DNA of 64,000 bases. Origin: Candidatus Latescibacterota bacterium (GTDB lineage: Bacteria > Latescibacterota > UBA2968 > GCA-2709665). Positions 10,465 through 19,700 of this stretch are shown here, in pieces. A program made the position numbers and the translations under genes. The number at the start of each line of letters is the position of its first letter. Within the stretch, counting starts at the first letter, position 1. The DNA lies in NCBI GenBank assembly GCA_965222075.1, contig OZ244937.1, forward strand, positions 2,016,001 to 2,080,000, in the 5' to 3' direction. The notes under the pieces are model-generated. The model was not told where the DNA came from. It did not search any database and worked only from the letters and a program-made list of their open reading frames with translations.

Positions 10465-10584
10465 ACGGGGCCGTCTGGTCGCGTTGGGTGAAATGACGAG
10501 CGCCGGGCGCTGTTGAGCTCTCATCCTGGTTATTTTCCAAGCAGTTCATCGAGCTTGCACCGATCCTGATTGGGGAGGACGCAG

Positions 10585-11322
10585 ATGGAACTGACCGAGG
10601 AGGAAATCTGGTATTTCAAACACAACGGCTTCCGGCGCCTGCCGGAATGTCTGCCGGATGATCTGGTCAACAGGCTCAATGCCGTCACCGACGAACAGAT
10701 CGACCGGATGATCGAACCCGTCGTCTGGGAGAAGCGGGAAACGCGCACCCCCGACGATGTCCGGAGGCTCTCCAAGATCATCGCCCGTGCTCCCGTCTAT
10801 TTGGAAGCGGCCTCCCATCCGATCATCACAGAAGCCCTGAGAGGTGTTCTGGGCCCCAATATCGAGCTTTTGACCAACAAACACAACCACATTATGGTGC
10901 GTCCTCCCGGCTCCGATTCCGTCTACTGGCACAGCGGCGAGCAACCCTATGACCACACCCTGATCACCGCCCTGGTCTACTTGCAGGAATCCACCCTGAA
11001 GAACGGCTGCATCCGGATTGTGCCCGGCAGCCACCTGCGGCCCTTCAGGCGCGACCGGCGCCCCAAAGAGGCGTTTCGCGAAAGCGACCTCTACGGTCTG
11101 TCAGTCCCCATCCCCATGCCCCGGGGAGGCGTCCTCCTCTTCAACGATTGCTGCTTCCATGGATCGGATGTCAACATGAGCGATGCATCCAGGCGAAGCA
11201 TGACCCTGGCTTACCGCGCCCACGACGCCCATGACGTGATCAAAGAAGACCCGGAAAAAATCCTGGTCAGCGGGGAAAAGGTCTACACCGGCCACCCCCA
11301 TCCGTTTCCGGGCAGCAACTGA
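10585..11322 (+). CDS. Phytanoyl-CoA dioxygenase (PhyH) family protein
   Basis: FKHNGF, WHSGE, NGCIRIVPGSH, FHGS..N.S...RRS. Confidence 0.88.
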   Translation: MELTEEEIWYFKHNGFRRLPECLPDDLVNRLNAVTDEQIDRMIEPVVWEKRETRTPDDVRRLSKIIARAPVYLEAASHPIITEALRGVLGPNIELLTNKHNHIMVRPPGSDSVYWHSGEQPYDHTLITALVYLQESTLKNGCIRIVPGSHLRPFRRDRRPKEAFRESDLYGLSVPIPMPRGGVLLFNDCCFHGSDVNMSDASRRSMTLAYRAHDAHDVIKEDPEKILVSGEKVYTGHPHPFPGSN

Positions 11323-11346
11323 CCCGCGCCAACTGGAGAAAACCCT

Positions 11347-12054
11347 ATGTCACTCACACCCGAACAGGTACACCTGTTTCGCCACAACGGCTTCCTCAAA
11401 TTGAAAGACCGGCTTTCCGGGGAACAGGTGGAAAAACTCAAAAAGGCGGTCCGGAAGAACATCCGTGAAGAGGTGCAACCGGTCGTACGCAACCGGGACG
11501 GGCGGGTCGTGCGCATCTCGGACATCGTGGACAGAGACCCTGTCTTCCTCGAAACCGCTTCCAGCCCCCTGGTCCTGGATCCCCTGGAATCCCTTCTGGG
11601 CCCCAACATCGAACTCATCAAAAACCGGCACAACCACGCCACGCTCCGCCTGGCCTCGGAGAACCGGCCGGAGGGATTGCACCGGGATATCAGGCAGTGG
11701 TCCCGGACCATCTTCACGGTCATCTTCTACCTGCAGGAAACAACCGTGGAGAACGGATGCACCCTGGTCGTGCCCGGCTCCCACCATTTCCCGGCCGTCA
11801 ACGGCCGTCTCTACGACGAAGCATGGGCTCGGGATCTCCTCGGCCAGGCCCTGCCGGTGCCCATGCCCGAAGGCGGCATGCTCGTAACCGACAGCATGAT
11901 CATGCACGGCGTTGGGCAGAACAGAACGGACGGCACCCGGATGAGTATGACCGTGGGCTACCACAGCGTGGACGAACTCTCCGACGTTGAAAATCCCAAA
12001 CGGATTCTGGTGCGCGGGGAGCGGCCCTACGACGGCAACGACGCCCGGAATTAG
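11347..12054 (+). CDS. Phytanoyl-CoA dioxygenase (PhyH) family protein
   Basis: FRHNGF, LHRD (HxD), NGCTLVVPGSH, MHGVGQNRT..R. Confidence 0.9.
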   Translation: MSLTPEQVHLFRHNGFLKLKDRLSGEQVEKLKKAVRKNIREEVQPVVRNRDGRVVRISDIVDRDPVFLETASSPLVLDPLESLLGPNIELIKNRHNHATLRLASENRPEGLHRDIRQWSRTIFTVIFYLQETTVENGCTLVVPGSHHFPAVNGRLYDEAWARDLLGQALPVPMPEGGMLVTDSMIMHGVGQNRTDGTRMSMTVGYHSVDELSDVENPKRILVRGERPYDGNDARN

Positions 12055-12057
12055 GAG

Positions 12058-13548
12058 ATGACGATGGCAACGGACAACCCTCAGAACCCCAATATCGTAC
12101 TCATCATGTCCGACCAGCACAACGCATCGGTCATGGGCTGTGCCGGCAATCCGATTGTCCGGACGCCCAACCTGGACGCGCTGGCCGAGCAGGGCACCCG
12201 CTTTACCAACGCCTACTGCCCCTACCCCCTCTGCGCTCCCTCCAGGATGGGCTTTATGGCCGCCCACTACCCCAGCGACATCGGCGTTTTCGACAACGGC
12301 GGCATCCTCTCGTCCCACACGCCCACATTCGCCCACGGCCTGGGCGCAGCGGGTTACGAGGCCGTCCTCTGCGGCCGGATGCACTTTGGGGGGCCGGACC
12401 AGTTCCACGGCTTTGAAAAGCGCATCCACGCCGATTGCGGCGGCCGGACACTCTCCCCCGAAATCCTCGGCTCGGCATACAACCGGACCAACGGACAGAC
12501 GAAATATGCCGTTGAAGTCTCCGGATACGGGCAGACCGGCTACCAGCTCTTCGACGGGAGCGTCACGGACACCGCCTGCAACTACATCTCGCATTGGAAC
12601 GGGAAGGGTCGTCCCTGCTGCCTCGTGGTCGGCCTCATGCTGCCTCACAACCCCCTCATCTGTTCCAAAGCGCTGTTCGACCACTACGAACAGATTCCCT
12701 CTTCAGAACCCGTATCTCAGGACTATCTGGACACCCTCCACCCCGCAATGAGAAAATGGCGGGAGCGGCGGGGCGTGGACGACCTGACGCCCGAACAGAA
12801 CCGGCGCGGTCTGGCCGCCTACTACGGCCTCGTCACAGAGCTTGATAGCAACATCGGCAGGATCGCAGGTGCGGTCAGATCCTCTCCGGAAGCCGATCGC
12901 ACCGTCATCATCTACTGCTCCGACCACGGCGATATGGCCTGCGAACACGGCATGTGGTGGAAAAGCAGCTTCTACGACGGCTCCGCCCGCGTCCCCCTCA
13001 TCGTCTCCTGGCCGCAGCAATTGCTCCGGGGGGAAAAAAACCACGCCGTCATCAGCCTCATTGACGTGGGCCCCACCGTCCTGGACCTGGCCGACGCAGC
13101 GCCTCTACCCGATGTATCGGGAAGGAGCTTCGCCGGTTTTCTGAGTGGAGACGGAACAATCCCCGACTGGCCCAACGAAGTCTTCTCCGAGTACATCGGA
13201 CTCTTAGGCGACCAGCCCTCCTGCATGGTCCGCACCGGCCCCTGGAAGCTGAACTACTATCACGAATTCCAATCCTGCCAGCTCTTCAATATGGACGAGG
13301 ATGCGGACGAAATGCACGACCGGGCGGAAGATTCGGCCTGCCGGGAAATCGTAGAGGATTGTCTGGCCAGAATTCACCGACGGTGGTCCGCCGAGCGCAT
13401 CCTGAGAAACGCTGAAAAGCAAAACCGGGCAAAAGACCTGATCCGGCGATGCGGGTACGGCCCTATGCCCCATCCGGTCTCCCCCTTTGCCGCTCCGGAG
13501 GGCTGCAATCGGTTCGATTTTTCCCAGCTACCGGGAAATCGGCCCTGA
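12058..13548 (+). CDS. Sulfatase (choline-sulfatase-like)
   Basis: PNIVLIMSDQH, CAPSR formylglycine motif, GRMH, SDHGD, WWKSSFYDGSARVPLI. Confidence 0.93.
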   Translation: MTMATDNPQNPNIVLIMSDQHNASVMGCAGNPIVRTPNLDALAEQGTRFTNAYCPYPLCAPSRMGFMAAHYPSDIGVFDNGGILSSHTPTFAHGLGAAGYEAVLCGRMHFGGPDQFHGFEKRIHADCGGRTLSPEILGSAYNRTNGQTKYAVEVSGYGQTGYQLFDGSVTDTACNYISHWNGKGRPCCLVVGLMLPHNPLICSKALFDHYEQIPSSEPVSQDYLDTLHPAMRKWRERRGVDDLTPEQNRRGLAAYYGLVTELDSNIGRIAGAVRSSPEADRTVIIYCSDHGDMACEHGMWWKSSFYDGSARVPLIVSWPQQLLRGEKNHAVISLIDVGPTVLDLADAAPLPDVSGRSFAGFLSGDGTIPDWPNEVFSEYIGLLGDQPSCMVRTGPWKLNYYHEFQSCQLFNMDEDADEMHDRAEDSACREIVEDCLARIHRRWSAERILRNAEKQNRAKDLIRRCGYGPMPHPVSPFAAPEGCNRFDFSQLPGNRP

Positions 13549-13946
13549 CCTGTCCCCAATCTTCAGCCTTACAATCTCTACCCTCCTCCATTGACTACAT
13601 CAAATACCAACTTCGCATCCATATATTACTCTCCTCGGCTATCAGGTAGCTTCTGAGTAAGAGAAAAGCGCGCGCGCGGGCTATTCGTCCGAGCATGACT
13701 GGCCGCTCCCCAGGCCAGTTCACACCGTGCCGCGATGAAGAAGTCGGGAATGCGACCTGCGACCAGACCAGTCAGCAAACCATTGACTTTTTGCTGTGAT
13801 AGTATATCTTAGTTTACAAGAAGCCGCCCCCTCTCCAGATGAAAAGGGAGATAAACCAGTATTCAATCGCAGTCTATGAACTATAACCCTGTGTACTATC
13901 TGCCCCAATATAGTCACGGGGTTTTTTAATGAATACAGGGGGAACC

Positions 13947-15491
13947 ATGACCAGACGCAGACTGCCTATCGGTATTCAGACCTTCCGCGAGATCCGCGAT
14001 CAGCACTGCTACTATGTCGATAAAACCGCATACATCCGGCAACTATTGGATGGGAGCAAGCACTATTTCCTATCGCGCCCGCGTCGATTTGGCAAGAGCC
14101 TATTTCTGGACACCTTGAAAGAACTATTTGAAGGGAATGAGCCGCTATTTGAGGGATTGTACATCCATGACCACTGGGATTGGCAGGTGCGCCATCCCGT
14201 GCTGCGGCTCGACTTCAGCAGCGGCAACTATCAGGGTCCGGACGACTTGCGGAAGGAAGTGACGGCGCAATTGAATGCTTTTGAGGACGAAGCGGAGGTC
14301 ATCCCGCGCGACGACAGCGCGTCAGCCCGCTTGCGCCACTTGATGAAGGTGCTACACGAGCGCAGCGGTCAGCGCGTTGTGATACTGGTTGATGAATACG
14401 ACAAGCCCATCCTGGACGCGCTGGCGGTGCCTGAGGTCGCCCGGGCCAATCGCGACTTCTTGCGCGGCCTATATTCGACCGTAAAGTTTGCAGACGCGCA
14501 CATACGCTTCACGTTCATTACTGGCGTCAGCAAATTCTCTAAGGTGAGTATCTTCTCCGGTCTCAACAACCTCACCGACATCACCATTGACCCGCGCTAT
14601 TCCGCTATCTGCGGCTACACCGAAGCGGACCTCGACACCGTATTCGTGCCAGAACTGCCCGGCCTGGACCGAGACGAAATCCGCGACTGGTACAACGGCT
14701 ATAGCTGGCTGGGCGACGAAAAAGTGTACAACCCCTTCGACATCCTCCTTCTATTCGACAAGCGCACCTTCGGCACCTACTGGTTCGAGACCGGCACTCC
14801 CACCTTCCTCATCGAAACCCTCTTTCAACGCCACATCAGTTCTCTCGAACTGGATAACATGATCGGCAGCGACGAGTTGTTATCCACCTTCGATGTCGAT
14901 GACATGGCAACAGAGGCATTGCTATTCCAGACCGGCTACCTCACCATCACAGAGGAAGAAAACCTCGGCGGCGCGTCATTCTATCGCCTGAGCTACCCCA
15001 ATCGGGAAGTGCGCCAGAGCCTCAACGAGAGCCTGCTGCGCTACCTGGTAAAAGACGCCACACGCCAGATGGCGAACACCGTGCGTCTGTATAGGCTGCT
15101 GGAAGCCAACGACTTTGCCGGCCTGAAAACACTATTCCACGCCTTCTTTGCCAGCATCCCCTACGAATGGTACACCAACAACGACATCGCCAATTTTGAG
15201 GGCTACTACGCCAGCGTGTTCTATTCCTATTTCGCGGGACTGGGGTTTGACATCACCATAGAGGACAGCAGCAGCCATGGCCGTGTAGATATGGCCGTTC
15301 ACTTTAACGATAACATCTACCTGTTCGAGTTCAAAGTGGTGGAGATGGCGTCTGAAGGCGGGGCAATGGCGCAATTGCAGGCAAAGGGATACGCGGACAA
15401 ATATCGCGGTCTGGACCAGCCGATCCACCTGATCGCCGTAGAGTTTAGCAAAAACACTCGCAATATAACGGCCTTTGAGGTCGCACAATAG
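13947..15491 (+). CDS. AAA-ATPase-like protein with C-terminal PD-(D/E)XK nuclease domain
   Basis: LPIGIQTF, RPRRFGKS Walker A, LVDEYDKP, YWFETGTP, GRVD...FEFK. Confidence 0.93.
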   Translation: MTRRRLPIGIQTFREIRDQHCYYVDKTAYIRQLLDGSKHYFLSRPRRFGKSLFLDTLKELFEGNEPLFEGLYIHDHWDWQVRHPVLRLDFSSGNYQGPDDLRKEVTAQLNAFEDEAEVIPRDDSASARLRHLMKVLHERSGQRVVILVDEYDKPILDALAVPEVARANRDFLRGLYSTVKFADAHIRFTFITGVSKFSKVSIFSGLNNLTDITIDPRYSAICGYTEADLDTVFVPELPGLDRDEIRDWYNGYSWLGDEKVYNPFDILLLFDKRTFGTYWFETGTPTFLIETLFQRHISSLELDNMIGSDELLSTFDVDDMATEALLFQTGYLTITEEENLGGASFYRLSYPNREVRQSLNESLLRYLVKDATRQMANTVRLYRLLEANDFAGLKTLFHAFFASIPYEWYTNNDIANFEGYYASVFYSYFAGLGFDITIEDSSSHGRVDMAVHFNDNIYLFEFKVVEMASEGGAMAQLQAKGYADKYRGLDQPIHLIAVEFSKNTRNITAFEVAQ

Positions 15492-15499
15492 TAGAAACC

Positions 15500-15532
15500 A
15501 AAAAAGCGGTGATCTTAAGACCACTGCTTTTT
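15500..15532. terminator. Rho-independent terminator, probably bidirectional
   Basis: AAAAAGCGGTG-ATCTTAAGAC-CACTGCTTTTT. Confidence 0.7.
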
Positions 15533-15576
15533 GCTTTCCCTCTTCAATCCACTCAGGCTTAAAGGGTTGAAACAGA

Positions 15577-15768
15577 TCAGGGGAAATCAGACGCCTTCCA
15601 ACGCCCGCTACCGACGCGCCTGCGGACTGAGCGGCCCAGGTCGGTCCCATCGAAGAGCATCACCTGTGCCCCGGCAGCCGGGGGCGCCAGCCGCACCCGC
15701 CCCTCAACCAGCGGCTCGACGTTGGCGCCCACGCCCACCATCAGCCCCATGAGACAGCTGATTACCAA
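15577..15768 (-). pseudogene. N-terminal fragment of a secreted protein (carboxypeptidase-regulatory-like domain start)
   Basis: Signal-like start then VEGRVRL...AAGAQVMLFD, truncated after about 50 aa. Confidence 0.4.
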
Positions 15769-15981
15769 TCAAGTGTCGGCAACAAGCTGCTGAGCCTGTT
15801 GGTCGAGCCCCTTAATGGCGCCCTGAATTGCGGCGACTTCGCGCTCCTCGGAGTACGCCTCGCCGCACTGGTCACAGACCCAGGCAGGGACTGTATCGAA
15901 CACCAGGTGATAGCCGTTACGGTCAACATGGAAGGGCGCCTTCGAACGCTTCATCTGGCCATGGCAGTGGATGCAGTTCAT
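15769..15981 (-). CDS. YgiT-type zinc finger protein (MqsA-like antitoxin zinc ribbon)
   Basis: MNCIHCHG...VPAWVCDQCGE two CxxC motifs; overlaps the upstream stop codon (ATGA). Confidence 0.85.
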   Translation of the reverse strand: MNCIHCHGQMKRSKAPFHVDRNGYHLVFDTVPAWVCDQCGEAYSEEREVAAIQGAIKGLDQQAQQLVADT

Positions 15982-16108
15982 TGCGATCTCCTTGTTCGTA
16001 AGTCTTGCTTCCACTTATCCTCTGTGGGAAGGTACGCTGTGATTACTGCGAGCAAATCCTCCTCAGGTGCACAGACTACGTGGATATCTCGCTGATCAAC
16101 TCCTTGGC
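15978..16108 (-). pseudogene. DUF4258-family putative toxin, 5'-truncated
   Basis: RDIHVVCAPEEDLLAVITAYLPTEDKW is the typical DUF4258 C-terminus; the N-terminus is replaced by an IS fragment. Confidence 0.7.
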
Positions 16109-16246
16109 CATGCAGTAGGCAAAGGAGACTCAACCATGGCTCCTTGTGAAGATAACACAATTGAGACGTCCTCGCACGAGCTTTTCCCCCAAGACTATCT
16201 GCGTGAGCAAGCTGAAAAGACCCACGTGATCCGGAGAGAGCGGAAG
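16109..16246 (+). mobile_element. Left-end fragment of an IS4-family (ISH8-like) element
   Basis: Begins CATGCAGTAGGCAAAG, then AAGGAG RBS and ATG at 16136 encoding ...ELFPQDYLREQAEKTHVIRRERK, which resembles IS4 transposase N-termini; breaks off abruptly. Confidence 0.55.
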
Positions 16247-16624
16247 GCCGGAGAAAACGCCGGCCTTGAGCGTCAAGATGCCCTGGTATGGCAAACGTAG
16301 GACGTAAATCGCTGCCAGTTGGTCCGCGGTCACGTCGCCCGCATCAAACCCCTCGTAAACAACCTGAGTCGAATCGTATTCAAAGCGGATGGAAAGACTG
16401 CTCGCATCTTGAATATCACTGCCGAAAATCTGAATGGGAACAACTTGATCGGGAGACACATCAAGAGAGGATACGGCCTGGTCGCCTTCCGAACGATCCA
16501 GATCCAGCGCAAGGGAAAAGCTGCTGGTCTGTGTGGATAGCGACCACGGGTAAATCAAGAGTGCCAGGCTCAGCAGGCTGGCGATGCCGAGCGAGAAGGG
16601 CAAAATCCTAACAGGGAGTTTCAT
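16245..16624 (-). pseudogene. Third, truncated paralog of the giant cohesin-domain surface proteins
   Basis: MKLPVRILPFSLG...SFSLALDLD...EYDSTQVVYEGFDAGDV matches the N-termini at 25395 and 30969, then jumps to an LRR-entry fragment (LTLKAGVFSGL). Confidence 0.85.
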
Positions 16625-16674
16625 AGTGGTGGATGCCTCCTGAAAGGATGTCAGAATTAGCCTTGATTCGACAG

Positions 16675-16765
16675 GACGCCGGATGCGGGAAATCCGCACG
16701 TCCGATTTCAAGGGCGGAGACCGGTACCCGTCCTTGTAACGGAAAGGACACTTCGCCTCCACCGT
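16675..16765 (+). ncRNA. Group II intron domain V/VI remnant (no RT gene)
   Basis: GACGCCGGATGCGGGAAATCCGCACGTCCG forms the D5 stem with GAAA-containing loop and AC bulge; followed by a GGCGGAG...CTTCGCC stem. Confidence 0.55.
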
Positions 16766-19700
16766 CCGGACCGGAGGACGATTCGACACGCCCTGTGGCG
16801 ATTTTTGGCAGCGACTTCATACTGGTCATCGTTCGTTGAGCACCCGTATTTCCAGGATCGTCGATTCCAGGACGCTCGGGGAAGCGTCCGGTACTTCGAC
16901 CATTTCGGCTTCGACAGGATGACCCGCAACGCATTTGAATGGAACTTGCTGCACAGATGTCCTTGCCATTTTAGAAGAGGAAGGGGCGGGAAGCGTGTAC
17001 GGATCAGCCTGCGTGACGTCGACGACGTAGCCGATATCGGCCAGAGCCTGGACCGTGACCGCGCTGAGCGGAGCGGGCTCGTCTAAGAGAGAGGTCATGA
17101 GTTCGTCTCCGAGAACGGACTCGCGCCAGTGGTGGTCAACTGAACCAGAGGTAAGTCTCGTGACGCCGTTCTCCACCGGCGCCTTCGCACCCGCGTAGTC
17201 CGCGCCGCCTGCGTCGTCAAATGCCGCGATCGCCAGCGGACCGAGGAAATGAGTGTCGGGAATTTCGTCGCCGATCCTGTCGTATTTCCTCCGGCCCCGA
17301 AGGTAGTGTCGCCATCTGTGTGCAGTGGCTGTAAAACCCAGGGCGTGCGCCATCTCGTGCAAGATGACGGATTTCAGTCTTTCGTCCGACAAGGAACCAT
17401 AGAACGTCTCATCGAACTTCATCCACGAGACGGCCGGCAGGTGGGACTCGAAGCGAAGAATTTTTACGTTTGCAGCGGCTGTCCCAAGAGCCTGGGGACT
17501 CAGTTCCACCTCAATCCGCAGGTCGTCCACCACCTCGCCGTCGACCGTATAATCCGGCAGGCTGTTCCTGATGATGCTCTCCCAGCGCGCTTCCGCGGCG
17601 TCGAATACTGCCTTTTTGGCTGCCGTGGGCGTAAAGTTCTTGAAGACGAACTCGACGTCGAAGGCACTGGTCCCGCTTGTCGTGTATTCGACGGTCCTGG
17701 ACCAGGGACCGGGGCTGTAGTCTCGTTCGGTGCAAGGCTCTCCCCTGTACCTGTAATCCGCCTCATAGGTGGTGCCGGGCTCGACGCCCACTGACGTCAT
17801 GATCGAAATATCCGCGGCACTGGTTTCCGGGTTCGACTGTTCAATGCATCCTGTTATGTAATCACCCTTATATCCGACCCTGACCTTACCCAGCACCTCC
17901 AGGGGCGTCTGCTGTCGAACTCTGACGTCGTATGCGCGGGTTTCCCCGGCTTCGAAGCGATCGGTGAACCGGATGGTGAGGTCCTCGTTGTCGGCATCGA
18001 AAGCAGCAGTGGGATCCGGCAGCGTCGCCGCCTGAACCGTTACGTTAATGGTCTGCGCGGCGGTCTCGCCATAGTTGTCGCTCCCCGTGATTTCAACGGA
18101 CGTGTTGCCCACGGCCACCGGTCGGATCGTCAGATACCAGCCCGCCACCCGTGCGGTCGCGACAGCGTCATCGTTCGACGAGGCGGCGAACCATGCCATA
18201 TCTTGCCCATCCCGGAACCCGTACCACAACGGCACCATTTCCGCGGCGCCCTCGAACGTCAACGTCCTGTCGCCCAGGGGGGTGACGAAGGGCGGTCCGT
18301 TGTAAGTCGCTCCAAAGGCGGATTCCGACCATTCCCCCGTCCCTTCGGCATTGGCGCCCCGCACCTGCACCTCGTACCTGGTGTTGGTCTTCAGGTAATG
18401 AACGTCCGCCTTCTTCTGGTTGGCGGCAGTGCTGTAATAGCTGAGACGCCCGGTGGCGAAGGCGTCGCCGCTGTCGGCGATGCGATATTGCACTTCGTAG
18501 CGGCCAATGTCAGGCCCGTCGTTCTCCGGCACCGACCATTCCACCGACAACGCCCTGACAAATACCGACGCGGAGGCCGCCGGCATGTCGATTTTTCCGG
18601 GCGGCTCGAGCACGTTGGTCACGGTGACGACGATCGGCAGCGCCGTGGTCTTCACCCGGTCGCCGGCGCCGCTGGTCGCCGTTATCTCGACGATGTAATC
18701 GTTGTCGCCCGCTTCACTCGCCGGGACCGTGCTGGCAAGGTCTCCCGGACGGTCGAAGTCGGGAGCGGTCCTGAAGGCCAATGTATTCCCGCTCGTGATC
18801 TCGAACTGATCCTGATCGGCTCCGCCGGTAATTTCATAACCGGTAATACTGTCTTCCGCGTCGGCATCGTCGGCAACGACGTCGCCGGCCATCGTTTCGT
18901 TTTCCTCCACCTCGAAACGCCCGTCGACAGTGAAGACCGGAGGCTGGTTGTCGCTGGTCGTACCGCTGACCGGATCGGACCACCCGCCCTCCCCATCGGC
19001 GTTCCTCGCCCGCACCTGCAACTCGTATTCGGTGTTCGCGGTCAGGTTCCCGACCGTCGCCCTCGTGTCCGTCCCATCGTAATTCACAACGGTGAAGGTA
19101 CCGGCGCCTGTGCGGTATTGAACGTCATAACCGGCGATGGCCGGTCGCCCCGTGTTGTCCGGCGCAGTCCAACTCAGGGTCAGGCTCGTCAACGTCGATG
19201 CCTCCACCCTCGGCGTCCCCGGCATACCTGGCGGTTCATCTGCATCGATCAACTCGATGGTCGCATCGACGGTGGCGCTGCCTCCCTGTGGATCCACCAC
19301 CTTCACCGTCACCGAATAGCTGTTCTTTGTCTCGTAGTCGTAGGTTACGCCCTCTTTGGTCTGAAGCTGACCGTGGCGGCCGCCTTGCACCGTGACGATA
19401 TCGAAACTCCCGGCATCCGTGCCTTCGAGGCTGAAGGCCATCCCGGACCAGATATAGTCGTCCGTTACGTGCAACGGCTCGCCGACGTCCTGGCCGGCCC
19501 CGGTGTTCTCGGCAAAACTGCGAATCGGCGATGCCTCGTCGAACGTCGGCGGTTTGTTGGGTTGGACCGATCCGAAGCCCGAGTCCGACCATTCGCCGGG
19601 TCCGTCATCGTTGATCGCCCGCACCTGTACCTCGACGGCGGTGCCCGGGGGCATGTTTTGGATGTTTTGGACCGTTGTTGCCGTGCCCGTGGTGACGGAA

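Noticed and set aside
13947-15491. AAA/PD-(D/E)XK gene as a new defence system
   Set aside because: Common stand-alone multi-copy family with no partner genes here.
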